Assembly (NCBI GenBank): GCA_018303825.1 | Contig: JAGVXK010000022.1 | Location: forward strand, 1 to 52,616 | Length of the DNA: 52,616 nucleotides | Direction of reading: 5' to 3' | Source: Candidatus Pacearchaeota archaeon | Lineage (GTDB): Archaea; Nanobdellota; Nanobdellia; Pacearchaeales; GW2011-AR1 | Part shown: one piece after another, positions 16,888 to 26,590 of the stretch | Layout of the letters: every line of letters begins with the position of its first letter | Numbering within the stretch: the first letter of the stretch is position 1 | Notes under the pieces: generated by a model | What the model was told of the DNA's origin: nothing | What the model saw: only the letters and a program-made list of their open reading frames with translations | The model's database searches: none | Position numbers and translations under genes: made by a program

Positions 16888-18441
16888 TTATTTATTCTTC
16901 CTTATTTTTCTTGCTACATCTACAATCGGGTTTTTCACTTCTGGTCTTTTGTCAATTAAGCCAAGGTCTTTGTAGAAAGCATCATTGTCATAATTAGGGG
17001 GGAGTATTTTCTTCTTCTGTTTCAAATGCCAGTCTATCTGGCTCTTGACATATCCTTCTTTTAATGGAATAGGATTTTTCTTGTTCCATTCTCTTATTTT
17101 GTCATTTATTTTTTCAGGGAAGAAATTAAGGCTTTTGAAAAAAGTTAGCAAAACAAATAAGCCTCTTTTTCTTCCATCCTGCAATCCAAGAAGAAGCTTC
17201 TTAATTGGTTCAGGATAATAATCTTCCCTCACATCCTCTGCTTTTATTTCTTCATAAACTCTATCTTTGTCGTCCCCCTCTGTTTTATAATTCTTATAAT
17301 ACTGTTTGTCAACTTTTTCCTCTATTATCTGTTTATCTTGCTTCCAGGATAAAGCTTGAGAGAGAAGTTTTTCCGCTTCTCTTTCTTCGCATTCAGGATA
17401 GAAATCAAGGATTTTAATGTTCATAGGATTTGCATCTCTTGGAGCAAAGTTTTCAATGTCTTCTTTTTTGATTACAACGCTTGAAAAGGAAGTTTTTTCA
17501 TGCAATGAATAAGGCATTCTGAATAAATGCCTTGGTGCAACAAGAACAAGATCAAATTTTGCATGCTCGCTTATATCTTCTCCCCTTTTTTCTCTAAAAT
17601 CTTCAGGATGTCTCTCACTATTTAACTGCAATTTTTCATTATCGGGATCTTTGCAGTAATCACAGTAATAATATTCTTTTTCATCAATAACTTCAAGAAT
17701 TCCGGGGCAGTTGCCGTTCATGCACCTAAGTCTTTTTTTTACCTTGACTTCTTTTCTCTCTGCTTTCAATCCGCAAACAGGGCAGTTAAACTTCGTAATA
17801 ATTCCCTTTTGCGATTCTCTGTCGCAATTAATGCAAAATATCTTTATTTTATCGTCTTTTTTTTCGAAAGTCATTATTTTTCCAGCTTCTTTCATAAAAA
17901 TGGGGTTTATCCAGCTGAATAAGTATTCAGTTATTGCCCTTGGCCATTCCGGAAACATATCTTTTGTCTTTTTCCCTTGAAATTCCTCTGGAAAGGCCTT
18001 CCAAGGCAGGATAATATGAAAGCCCTTGCTTCCAGAATATTTGATCCCGCAATTTTTAATATTATGGTATTCCAATGCTTTGATAACCAGTTTTGCAGCT
18101 ATCTTAGACAAATCAAGGTAAGGAGAGTCTATATCTATCAGCAAGTCCCAACCCTTTCTTAATTCATTAAATTGTTCTTGCGACATCTCATTATTTATCC
18201 CAAGAGGGTCGTTCCATAATTCCTCCGAACAATGAAAAGATGTTGCACCTTTGTTTACCAATTCTTGGATATCTGAAGGATATTGTAAAGCATCCGGCCT
18301 CTTGCCAAAACCCTCGAAATACCTCGGAACCACTTCTCTGTCTTTGGAAAATCTTAATAATGCCTCGATTATTTTAGGATTCGAGTAATACAGCCTCGTT
18401 ATAGCTCTTATCCTTTTTTCTTTTTCGCTTTTTTCTTCCAT
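16888..18441 (-). CDS. priS: DPANN-type fused DNA primase (PriS catalytic domain plus PriL/PriX-like C-terminal domain)
   Basis: SFHCSEELW, GWDLLIDID, YSGSKGFHI and RHLFRMPYSLHEKT AEP motifs; C-terminal GLQDGRKR...W...PPN domain. Confidence 0.9.
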   Translation of the reverse strand: MEEKSEKEKRIRAITRLYYSNPKIIEALLRFSKDREVVPRYFEGFGKRPDALQYPSDIQELVNKGATSFHCSEELWNDPLGINNEMSQEQFNELRKGWDLLIDIDSPYLDLSKIAAKLVIKALEYHNIKNCGIKYSGSKGFHIILPWKAFPEEFQGKKTKDMFPEWPRAITEYLFSWINPIFMKEAGKIMTFEKKDDKIKIFCINCDRESQKGIITKFNCPVCGLKAERKEVKVKKRLRCMNGNCPGILEVIDEKEYYYCDYCKDPDNEKLQLNSERHPEDFREKRGEDISEHAKFDLVLVAPRHLFRMPYSLHEKTSFSSVVIKKEDIENFAPRDANPMNIKILDFYPECEEREAEKLLSQALSWKQDKQIIEEKVDKQYYKNYKTEGDDKDRVYEEIKAEDVREDYYPEPIKKLLLGLQDGRKRGLFVLLTFFKSLNFFPEKINDKIREWNKKNPIPLKEGYVKSQIDWHLKQKKKILPPNYDNDAFYKDLGLIDKRPEVKNPIVDVARKIRKNK

Positions 18442-18626
18442 TTCATTTATGAACCCTATCTTACTTAAGACTTCTTAAGTCTTATCTTCCATGGTTTTTC
18501 TAGCTTTTTTCTTTTATATTGTTTGTTGTGCTAAATTTTCGCACCCAGATTATATTATGTAACTACTTCTTAGTTTACACATTGGTAAGATTTAAATACC
18601 CTAAAGTTTCTAAAAAAGAGAATAAA

Positions 18627-19772
18627 ATGGGATTTTTAGATGACTTGAACAAAGACAAACGAGCATTGGCTTCGGTAGCGATTGGTGCCTTTGTGTCCCC
18701 TTCTTTATTCACCCTTCTTTATTTTAGTGCATCACAGGATAGGATGAAAAGCCTGTTAGATAGGCAAGCTAATAATCTTAAATCAATAATAAACGAGACT
18801 CAAATACCTGTTAAGCTTAAGAACAAAGCTTCCTTTGTTTCAGACAGCGAATGGAATACATTGATTGATAAGCTAAAGAAAGAAGAGCCTCAAAAAACAT
18901 CAGTTTCAAAAAGACCAACAAAAGATATTGTTGTTTATAGGGATGGAATTGCAACAACCTATTCTTTAGATGCTGATGAGCCAAGCATAACTGTTTCTGA
19001 AGTTCCTGGAGACTTGATGAATAAAATTCCTATCGGAAGGCTAAGATCTGATAAAAGATACATAAGGTATGATAGGGAAGAGCAAGAAGTCAAGGAAATT
19101 GCAGTTGCCGACATTCCGAAACTAATTGAACCTCCAGTTCCAAAAGAAGATGAAGAAAAAGCTCAGATGAAGAGCAGAATAGAAGCAGTAAAAGAAGAAA
19201 AAATCTCATATAGCGGTCTAGCATCTATTCCAGACAGAAAACTCTCTCCAGTGAAAATAGCTTTTCATGACAGAACTGAAAAACAGAAAGTTTATCATCC
19301 CGATGATAAATACAAACCAATATGGCAGAGAGAAAATGTTAATTCACAAAGTGAACAAGTAGCGACTCAACCTAAAGTACCAAAGAGAGAAACAAGAGAG
19401 GCAAGAGATTTAAGCGAGAGCGATATTTATGTTGGATTGTATGAAGGCAAGCAAATTTCCGTTATTTGGAATGAAAAAGCCCAGAGATACATGAATTTTG
19501 ATGTCAACAGAAGAAAATACACTGGTTTCATCAAGACCAATGTGGGGGATGCAATTTTGCGGCAGCATCAGAAAAGATTGATATCTGCAAGCAATCTAGA
19601 AAAAAGAACAGAACAGCCAGTACAAAAACCAACTTTGTGGGACAAATTCAACAAAGGAACAGGAAATGTCATGGAGCATGTTAATGGTTTTGGTTATTTC
19701 ATTGGTTCATTCATCGCAAAAGCAATCAAAAAGAGTCCTCTGGGTACAGCCTATTCATTAATAGCAGAATAA
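18627..19772 (+). CDS. Hypothetical protein with N-terminal TM segment
   Basis: Long ORF; likely ATG 18627 (MGFLDD); hydrophobic ALASVAIGAFVSPSLFTLLYF. Confidence 0.6.
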   Translation: MGFLDDLNKDKRALASVAIGAFVSPSLFTLLYFSASQDRMKSLLDRQANNLKSIINETQIPVKLKNKASFVSDSEWNTLIDKLKKEEPQKTSVSKRPTKDIVVYRDGIATTYSLDADEPSITVSEVPGDLMNKIPIGRLRSDKRYIRYDREEQEVKEIAVADIPKLIEPPVPKEDEEKAQMKSRIEAVKEEKISYSGLASIPDRKLSPVKIAFHDRTEKQKVYHPDDKYKPIWQRENVNSQSEQVATQPKVPKRETREARDLSESDIYVGLYEGKQISVIWNEKAQRYMNFDVNRRKYTGFIKTNVGDAILRQHQKRLISASNLEKRTEQPVQKPTLWDKFNKGTGNVMEHVNGFGYFIGSFIAKAIKKSPLGTAYSLIAE

Positions 19773-19874
19773 GATTAGTCTCTAGTTAGTTCCCATATTT
19801 AATGATAAATTTCTTATTATTTCTTGCATCACAACAAACCTTATAAGTCCGAAAAATAGCTAGTTTAAACAAAA

Positions 19875-20603
19875 ATGAGACTAAAATTAGAAAATCCAAA
19901 AATACTAGGAGACATCATTTCCATCATTTCCGAGCTTGTAACTGAGGTGAAATTGAAAATTACCCAAGAAGGCATGTCTCTTACGGCAATAGATCCCGCA
20001 AATGTAGCAATGGTTTATTTTAAGATTCCAAATGACTTATTTTCTGAATTCGGGCTTGAAAAAGAAGAGGTTTTAGGAATTAACTTAGATAGCTTAAAGG
20101 CAGTTCTAAGAAGATGTCAATTAGGAAGTTCACTATTAATAGAAAGGCAGGATAACATGCTGAAGTTATCTATACACGATAAAATAAAGAGAGATTTTTC
20201 CCTTGCTTTGTTGGATATTGATGCAGATGAAAAAGAACTGCCAAAATGGGAGTTCAAATCAGTTATAAAAATCGATTCTGCCAGCCTTTCAGAAGTCATA
20301 GAAGACTGCATTATCGTTTCAGATGCCTGCACTTTTTCAGCAGCTCCAAATTCTTTCATCGTTGAAGCCAAAGGGCTTAATTCTGTCAGGGTGGAATTTT
20401 CTTCAGATGAATTGGAAATTTATTCTGACACTTCATCAGCAAGATTTTCCTTGGAATATTTAAACAAGTTCATAAAAGGAGCAAAGATTTCAAGCAGGGC
20501 GACAATCAGTTTTTCTGATAATCATCCTATGAGAATTGATTTCCCAACAGGAAATGTCCTTCTCTCTTTCGTTCTCGCCCCAAGAATCGAGCAGGAAGAT
20601 TAA
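19875..20603 (+). CDS. pcn: DNA polymerase sliding clamp PCNA
   Basis: AIDPANVAMV, LGINL, ARFSLEYL and C-terminal LAPRIE motifs; 242 aa. Confidence 0.95.
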   Translation: MRLKLENPKILGDIISIISELVTEVKLKITQEGMSLTAIDPANVAMVYFKIPNDLFSEFGLEKEEVLGINLDSLKAVLRRCQLGSSLLIERQDNMLKLSIHDKIKRDFSLALLDIDADEKELPKWEFKSVIKIDSASLSEVIEDCIIVSDACTFSAAPNSFIVEAKGLNSVRVEFSSDELEIYSDTSSARFSLEYLNKFIKGAKISSRATISFSDNHPMRIDFPTGNVLLSFVLAPRIEQED

Positions 20604-20604
20604 G

Positions 20605-20612
20605 TTTATATA
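20605..20612 (+). promoter_or_regulatory. TATA box for the rpl3 operon
   Basis: TTTATATA directly after the pcn stop, about 190 nt upstream of rpl3. Confidence 0.55.
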
Positions 20613-20639
20613 CCCTCTAAAACATCTTCCTTTAGAATC

Positions 20640-20802
20640 TAATTGGTAAGGTCAAGGAAACACGGCCCTTGATAAAATAGTTCTGAGTTGCGGACAAGCT
20701 AAAGATAGCTTTACAAGCTATAAGTTAGCTTTTAATATTAAACCCTAAACAATTGGGGTTGGGATACAATTAAGGTATCGTACAAGACAATAATAAGCGA
20801 AA
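20640..20802 (+). ncRNA. Candidate structured 5' leader of the rpl3 operon
   Basis: Five consecutive stems: TCAAGG/CCTTGA (20652-20672), AAGCTA/TAGCTT twice (20696-20711, 20715-20731), AACCC/GGGTT (20741-20760), GATAC/GTATC (20763-20779). No ATG-initiated ORF. Confidence 0.45.
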
Positions 20803-21750
20803 ATGGCAGCACCATCAAGACCAAGACTAGGTTCATTGCAGTTCTGGCCGAGAAAAAGGTCGGAGAAACTTATCCCTAGTGTGAACTGGACAACTCTAAG
20901 CGATACAAAAGACCTCGGACTTTTGGGTTTTTTGACATATAAAGTTGGCATGGCGACAGTTCAAGTCAAGGATAATACTGCAGATTCCATGACCAAAGGA
21001 AAGAAAATGATTTTTCCTGTCACAATCCTTGAAGCTCCAAGCATGAAAGCTTTCTCAATAAGATTCCATAAAAATAGAAAAATTCTCAAAGAAATTATTA
21101 TTTCTAATGATAAAGAATTAAAAAAGATAGTTAAAGTTCCAAAAACACTAAAGCCATTTGAAGCCGAAGTGCCGAAAGACTTCGATGACATAACAATTAT
21201 TGCTTATTCTCTTCCTTCTCAGACATCTGTTAAAAAAACTCCGGACCTTGTGGAATTGGGAATTTCTGCAGCTAATAAATTGGACTTTGCAAAATCTCTT
21301 CTTGGAAGGGAAATTTCTATTAAAGATTTTTTGAATAAAAAAGAATTGGTTGATGCCCGAGCATTAACAAAAGGAAAAGGCTTTTCTGGAGCTATGCAAA
21401 GATTTGGCTTGACAAAGAGACAGCATAAATCTGAAAAAGGAGTAAGAAGAGCTGGAAGTCTTGGTCCCTGGCATCCTTCACATGTAATATTTAGAGTTCC
21501 ACAAGCCGGCCAGCTAGGAATGTTCTCAAGAATAATGTATAATCTTAAAGTAATAAGTTCTGGGAATGTAAAAGAGCACAACATAAATCCAAGGCAAGGA
21601 TTCAAGCATTATGGAAATATACAATCAAATTATATTCTTGTTAAAGGTTCTGTTCAAGGTCCCGTAAAAAGAGCTGTTTTGCTAACAGCATCCTTCAGGC
21701 CGACTAAAGATCAATTAAAGAAAAAGTATGAATTTATAGGTATACAATGA
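20803..21750 (+). CDS. rpl3: 50S ribosomal protein L3
   Basis: PRLGSLQFWPRKR, TKGKGF.G...RFG, GSLGPWHP. Confidence 0.97.
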   Translation: MAAPSRPRLGSLQFWPRKRSEKLIPSVNWTTLSDTKDLGLLGFLTYKVGMATVQVKDNTADSMTKGKKMIFPVTILEAPSMKAFSIRFHKNRKILKEIIISNDKELKKIVKVPKTLKPFEAEVPKDFDDITIIAYSLPSQTSVKKTPDLVELGISAANKLDFAKSLLGREISIKDFLNKKELVDARALTKGKGFSGAMQRFGLTKRQHKSEKGVRRAGSLGPWHPSHVIFRVPQAGQLGMFSRIMYNLKVISSGNVKEHNINPRQGFKHYGNIQSNYILVKGSVQGPVKRAVLLTASFRPTKDQLKKKYEFIGIQ

Positions 21751-22520
21751 AAGCGCAATTATATTCAATAAATGGGGAAAAGAAATCCGAGATAGCTCTT
21801 CCAGGAACATTTGACTCTAAAATTAGGGAAGATGTTGCTCTTAAGGCGTTTCTTTCAATGAGATTTATGGCAATGCAGCCTTATTCTCATGCTCCTGAAG
21901 CAGGAAAAAGGCATTCTGCCTCCGGAACAATCTCCCACATGAGGCACGCCTGGGGAGGGCATTACGGAAAAGGAATTTCCAGAATTCCAAGAAAGCAAAT
22001 GTATAGAAAAGGAACGCAATTTTTCTGGGTTGGCGCTGAAATAACTTCCGCCAGGGGAGGCAGGAGAGTTCATGGACCTGTTTTGATAAAGAGGCCAAAG
22101 AAAATCAATAAGAATGAATTCCTGTTAGCACTATATTCAGGACTTGCTTCAACATTTAATGAATCTTTTGTTTCAAAGAGGTATTCTTCCCTCGATAAGC
22201 CAATGAAATCAATTGTCATCGAGTCTAAATTGGATAATATCAAAACAAAAGACCTTCTTAACTTAGTAAAGAAAATATTCGGCAGCTATGAATTTATATT
22301 TAAGAATAAGGAAGTCCGTTCCGGAAAAGGAAAAGGGAGAGGAAGAAAATATAAATCAAACGCAGGAATATTATTAGTAAAAGGCAAGGATGAAAAAATA
22401 CAAGTTAAGGAAATAGAAGTTAAATCAATAGATAATGTTTCAATTCTGGACTTATACCCATTAGGAAGACTTGCAATTTATACTGAAAAAGCATTGAAAG
22501 AATTGGAGGCAAAGAAATGA
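21747..22520 (+). CDS. rpl4: 50S ribosomal protein L4
   Basis: GISRIPR, ARGGRRVHGP, KKINKNE, VRSGKGKGRGRKY; position after rpl3. Confidence 0.95.
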   Translation: MKAQLYSINGEKKSEIALPGTFDSKIREDVALKAFLSMRFMAMQPYSHAPEAGKRHSASGTISHMRHAWGGHYGKGISRIPRKQMYRKGTQFFWVGAEITSARGGRRVHGPVLIKRPKKINKNEFLLALYSGLASTFNESFVSKRYSSLDKPMKSIVIESKLDNIKTKDLLNLVKKIFGSYEFIFKNKEVRSGKGKGRGRKYKSNAGILLVKGKDEKIQVKEIEVKSIDNVSILDLYPLGRLAIYTEKALKELEAKK

Positions 22521-22759
22521 CATTAAAGCCAGTAACATCAGAAAAAGCAGTAAAGATGATTGAATTAGACAATACACTATTGTTTGAAGCGCCAAGAATT
22601 GCAAGAAGAGATGAAATAAAGAGAGAAGTTGAAGCAATTTTCAATGTTAAAGTTCAGGAAGTCAGAACAATGATAAAACAAAATAAAAAGTTTGCCTATG
22701 TGAGATTGGTCAAAGCTAATCCTGCAATAGACATAGCTACAAAGCTGGGGATGATATAA
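22517..22759 (+). CDS. rpl23: 50S ribosomal protein L23
   Basis: PVTSEKA, NTLLF, KKFAYVRL, IATKLGMI. Confidence 0.95.
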   Translation: MTLKPVTSEKAVKMIELDNTLLFEAPRIARRDEIKREVEAIFNVKVQEVRTMIKQNKKFAYVRLVKANPAIDIATKLGMI

Positions 22760-22760
22760 G

Positions 22761-23078
22761 ATGAGAGAATTTAGAATGGGACAACTAATGCAAGGGGCCC
22801 GTCTTTATGGAGATATACCTGCAGATTTAGTGTTTGTTAAGTATACAGAAGGGGGAATTCTTGTAGTTGATCAAACAGAATTAGAGGCAAGACGTGGATT
22901 GTACCATGGATTGCTTATATCTCCAGGTATCAGCGCCTCATCAGGCTTCAGTCAGTTTGATTTTTCTGGCAACGCCGACCAAATGGTTGCTATACCAGTA
23001 GAATCCGAACAGGGAAGATTAATCAAGGAAGCGTTAAGAGTCGCGGCAATAATAAGGGAGGAAGTAGCAGCTAAATAA
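22761..23078 (+). CDS. Hypothetical protein inserted between rpl23 and rpl2
   Basis: ATG ORF that fills the gap, with 1-nt spacers on both sides. Confidence 0.7.
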   Translation: MREFRMGQLMQGARLYGDIPADLVFVKYTEGGILVVDQTELEARRGLYHGLLISPGISASSGFSQFDFSGNADQMVAIPVESEQGRLIKEALRVAAIIREEVAAK

Positions 23079-23079
23079 A

Positions 23080-23778
23080 ATGGGAAAGAGAATTATACAA
23101 CAGGCGAGAGGGCATGGAAGTTTAAGTTACAGGGTCAGAAGAAGAGCATTCTTGCATAGAGTAAAATACCCGATGCAGGATGGAGAAGCAGAAGTCTTGG
23201 AATTAATCCATTCAGCAGGGCATTCAGCACCTTTGATGAAAGTTAAAATAGACAAAGAAATATTTTTCACACCTGCTTTCAATGGCACAGTAGTCGGGCA
23301 GAAAATAAAAATTGGCGGCAATGAAGTTAATGCGGGAAATATTCTTACCATAAAGAACATTCCATTGGCAGCAAATATTTACAATATTGAATTGAATCCT
23401 GGAGATGGGGGAAGAATGATGCGTGCTGCAGGATGTTCTGCAATTTTGTTCAAAAAATTAGAAGGAAATAAATTCGCAATCTTAATGCCGAACAAAAAAG
23501 AAGTAATTTTAAGCGGAGACTGCAGAGCGACAATAGGAACAATAGCCGGCTCTGGAAAGAATTTGAAGCCATTTATCACGGCTGGAAACAAATGGTTCAA
23601 GATGAAAGCGAGAAACAAATTATGGCCAAGAACTTCTGCTGTAAAGATGAACGCTGTTGATCATCCATTCGGTTCTGGCAGGGGAAAGAGAATCAAGTCA
23701 AAGATTGCGAAGAGGAACGCCCCTCCAGGAGCAAGAGTGGGACATATTCGCCCAAGAAGAACAGGGAGGAGAAAATAA
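23080..23778 (+). CDS. rpl2: 50S ribosomal protein L2
   Basis: MGKRIIQQARGHG, WPRTSAVKMNAVDHPFGSG, PPGARVGHI. Confidence 0.97.
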   Translation: MGKRIIQQARGHGSLSYRVRRRAFLHRVKYPMQDGEAEVLELIHSAGHSAPLMKVKIDKEIFFTPAFNGTVVGQKIKIGGNEVNAGNILTIKNIPLAANIYNIELNPGDGGRMMRAAGCSAILFKKLEGNKFAILMPNKKEVILSGDCRATIGTIAGSGKNLKPFITAGNKWFKMKARNKLWPRTSAVKMNAVDHPFGSGRGKRIKSKIAKRNAPPGARVGHIRPRRTGRRK

Positions 23779-23781
23779 TAA

Positions 23782-24183
23782 ATGGCAGAAGAAGTAATCA
23801 GATCCAAAGAGCAGATTTACCGTGGTCAGACTCTGGAGTATCTGAAAGGCCTTGATGTTCGTGAGTCGGCCAAGTTCTTGCCTTCCAGATCTAGAAGATA
23901 TGTCCTGCATAATTTTGATACTGTTGAAAAATTCATAAAGAATTGCGAGGAAAAAATATCCAGAAAGAAAAAGATTCGAACTCATTTGAGAGATATAGTT
24001 ATAGTTCCTAAACTAGTTGGTTTGGCAATAGGAGTCCATAATGGCAGGGCATTCAACGAAGTCAGGATAACAGCTGAGATGATAGGCCACAGATTAGGAG
24101 AATTTGCAATCACAACTGCCAAAGTCAATCATAGCGAGGCAGGAATAGGAGCAACTAAATCATCGCGTGCATTGAAGAAGTAA
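23782..24183 (+). CDS. rps19: 30S ribosomal protein S19
   Basis: IRTHLRDIVIVP, MIGHRLGEF, GIGATKSS. Confidence 0.97.
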   Translation: MAEEVIRSKEQIYRGQTLEYLKGLDVRESAKFLPSRSRRYVLHNFDTVEKFIKNCEEKISRKKKIRTHLRDIVIVPKLVGLAIGVHNGRAFNEVRITAEMIGHRLGEFAITTAKVNHSEAGIGATKSSRALKK

Positions 24184-24184
24184 A

Positions 24185-24952
24185 ATGGAAGAAAAAAATA
24201 AACAAAAACAAGAAGAGAGAAAAATGGAAAACAAACCAAAAGTAGAAAAGAAAATGCAGGAAAATAAAGACAAAAATAAAGATAACAAAGTGAATGAAAG
24301 CAAAGAAAAAGATATCAATAAGGATAGCAAGATTAGTGAAACAGAAACAGATATTAATGTAAAAGCAGAGGTAAAGGTTAATGAGATAAAAGCAGAAAAG
24401 CAATCTAATGATGAGCCTATTGAGGTAAAAGAAGGAAAGAAGAATAACGTTAAAGATAATGTGAAAAGTGAAATTAAGGAGGAGAAAAAAGAAGAAAAGA
24501 AAGAAGAGAAAAAAGTTGAAGTCAAGAAAAAAATAACAAAGAAAGAAGAAGCTGTAGCCAAAGGAGTTTCATTGCATATGTCAAAGAGACAGGGAATGTA
24601 TATCAGCAGTTTTATAAAAGGAAAGAAAATAGATCAGGCAATAAATGAATTGAATGAAGTTATAAAATTAAAGAGAGCAATTCCATTTAAAGGAGAAATT
24701 CCGCATAGAAAGGGAATGATGTCTGGAAGATACCCTGTGAATGCGTCAAAGTTATTCATTTCGTTGCTGAAAGCATTGAAAGGAAACTCAATTGTCAATG
24801 GTCTTGATTTAGAAAAGACAAGAATATTCTTCTCTAATTCAACTCTTGCTTCTCGCCCATCAAGAAGATCCGGAAAAGGAAAAAGAGCCCATATCACAAT
24901 CAAAGCAAAAGAATTCAATGTTGAAAAAGAAAACAAGGAGGCAAGGAAATAA
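24185..24952 (+). CDS. rpl22: 50S ribosomal protein L22 with a long Lys/Glu-rich N-terminal extension
   Basis: Core from KEEAVAKG; RAIPF...GRYPVNAS; AHITI. Confidence 0.93.
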   Translation: MEEKNKQKQEERKMENKPKVEKKMQENKDKNKDNKVNESKEKDINKDSKISETETDINVKAEVKVNEIKAEKQSNDEPIEVKEGKKNNVKDNVKSEIKEEKKEEKKEEKKVEVKKKITKKEEAVAKGVSLHMSKRQGMYISSFIKGKKIDQAINELNEVIKLKRAIPFKGEIPHRKGMMSGRYPVNASKLFISLLKALKGNSIVNGLDLEKTRIFFSNSTLASRPSRRSGKGKRAHITIKAKEFNVEKENKEARK

Positions 24953-24959
24953 AAGTAAA

Positions 24960-25703
24960 ATGGAAGAGAAAAAATTTGTGACATTCAAGAAAGAAGAGCT
25001 TGGAGTTAAGGAGTATGTGAAGAAATCCCTGGGAAAAGGGAGAATCTCTACCGCAAATATAGAATATACTCCTGTAGGGGAGAAAATAGTTATAGCAACA
25101 AGCAAGCCAGGATTGGTTATAGGAAGAAAAGGAGAAAAAATAGAAGAATTAACCCGTGTCCTGAAGAGAAGATTCAAATTAGACAATCCGCATATTGAAA
25201 TAAAGGAGATTTTGGAGCCTTATTTGGATGCGCAGCTTGTAGCTGATGAAATTGCAATTCTTCTTGAAAGACAGGGATCATTGAAATTTAAGGTAATTGC
25301 TTACAAGATGATGGATTCGATAATCAAATCAGGCGCATTAGGAGTAGAAATAGTAATGTCTGGAAAGCTACCAAGCGAAAGAGCAAAATCTTGGAGATTC
25401 TCTCAAGGTTACTTGAAGAAGACAGGAGATCCCTCAAAGGTAGTAGATAGAGCAATGTCACAGGCAATTACGATTCCAGGAGTTGTAGGAATAAAAGTAT
25501 CAATATTGCCTCCGCATGCGCCCATTCATGACAGAATTATTATTGACGAGAAATTCATCCAGAATTTAAAAGCCCAGGATGTTTCGAGGGCAGCTGATGA
25601 AGTAAAGGAAGAAGAAAAGAAAGAAGCAAGAAAAGAAGTCAAAAAAGTAAAGAAGACAACTAAAAAATCAAAATCAAAGGAGAAAGCACAATGGCAATCA
25701 TAA
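24960..25703 (+). CDS. rps3: 30S ribosomal protein S3
   Basis: TSKPGLVIGRKG, LDAQLVA, GVEIVMSGKL, GVVGIKVSI; true start taken as ATG 24960. Confidence 0.97.
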   Translation: MEEKKFVTFKKEELGVKEYVKKSLGKGRISTANIEYTPVGEKIVIATSKPGLVIGRKGEKIEELTRVLKRRFKLDNPHIEIKEILEPYLDAQLVADEIAILLERQGSLKFKVIAYKMMDSIIKSGALGVEIVMSGKLPSERAKSWRFSQGYLKKTGDPSKVVDRAMSQAITIPGVVGIKVSILPPHAPIHDRIIIDEKFIQNLKAQDVSRAADEVKEEEKKEARKEVKKVKKTTKKSKSKEKAQWQS

Positions 25704-25888
25704 GAAAAAAGGACATTTCAAAGATGAGCAATGATGAAATAAAGGCGAAACTTGCAGAATTAAGATTCGAATTAGTCAAGGCAGGTGTAACTGCAAATAA
25801 GCAAAATGCAAAAACGAAAGAGATTAAAAGGACCATTTCACGTCTAATGACATTCAGTAAATTCAAAGATTTATTGAAGAGCAAATAA
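25691..25888 (+). CDS. rpl29: 50S ribosomal protein L29
   Basis: KLAELRFEL, IKRTISRLMT; operon position. Confidence 0.92.
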   Translation: MAIIRKKDISKMSNDEIKAKLAELRFELVKAGVTANKQNAKTKEIKRTISRLMTFSKFKDLLKSK

Positions 25889-25891
25889 ACA

Positions 25892-26191
25892 ATGGACATA
25901 GATCCAAGAACAGGTTTGCCGACGGAACAAGGTTTGTTCGAGGAAATCGCCAAGGGGCAGCAGCAGATAACTATTTCCACGGTTGCGAGGAGATACGGGA
26001 AGCTGACTACTCTTGTAACAGGTTTCGACAAGAACATAAACCTTAAGGATATCGCAAAAGCTTTGAAGGAAAAGCTTGCTTGCGGTGGCACTGTAAAGAA
26101 TGATGCCATCGAGCTCCAGGGGAATCACCTGAAGCAAGTAAAGCCGGTCTTAGTGAAGATGGGCTTTTCAGAAGCATCGATAAGCGACTGA
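25892..26191 (+). CDS. sui1: Translation initiation factor aIF1/SUI1
   Basis: RRYGK.TT.V.G, LKEKLACGGTVK, IELQG.H. Confidence 0.95.
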   Translation: MDIDPRTGLPTEQGLFEEIAKGQQQITISTVARRYGKLTTLVTGFDKNINLKDIAKALKEKLACGGTVKNDAIELQGNHLKQVKPVLVKMGFSEASISD

Positions 26192-26221
26192 GTTCCAAAA
26201 GGCAAAAAACACAGGATAAAA

Positions 26222-26590
26222 ATGGCAAAAGAAAAACAAAAGGAAAAAGCTAGAGAAGCCAGTGAAAAAACTGGAAAAGTAATCAGCGGAAATAGTGGAA
26301 AGACTCATGAATCAGACTTAGCCAAGACAAGAGGAAGAACATTTGAAGGTTTCGTCACAAAGAAATTCCCAAGAAGAGTCGTTGTTGAATTCGAAAGAAC
26401 AGTCTATGTAAGAAAGTATGAAAGATTTTACAGAAAGAAGACAAGACTGCATGCAAGACTTCCCGCAAAGATGGAATCACAGATAAATGTCGGAGATTAT
26501 GTAAAAATTCAGGAAACCCGTCCATTATCAAAGATAATTCATTTCATAGTTGTTGAAAAAGTCACGCATAATCAAGGAGATAAAAAATAA
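26222..26590 (+). CDS. rps17: 30S ribosomal protein S17
   Basis: RGRTFEGFV, KYERF, GDYVKIQETRPLSK. Confidence 0.95.
   Translation: MAKEKQKEKAREASEKTGKVISGNSGKTHESDLAKTRGRTFEGFVTKKFPRRVVVEFERTVYVRKYERFYRKKTRLHARLPAKMESQINVGDYVKIQETRPLSKIIHFIVVEKVTHNQGDKK

Noticed and set aside
20640-20802. Considered as tRNA, 5S rRNA, SRP RNA or RNase P RNA
   Set aside because: No cloverleaf or T-loop, and none of the 5S, SRP or RNase P signature sequences are recognisable; kept only as a candidate leader.
24470-24540. A/G-rich repeats in rpl22 as a possible slippage or phase-variation tract
   Set aside because: Degenerate codon-level EEKK repeats with an intact frame; explained by the low-complexity protein tail.
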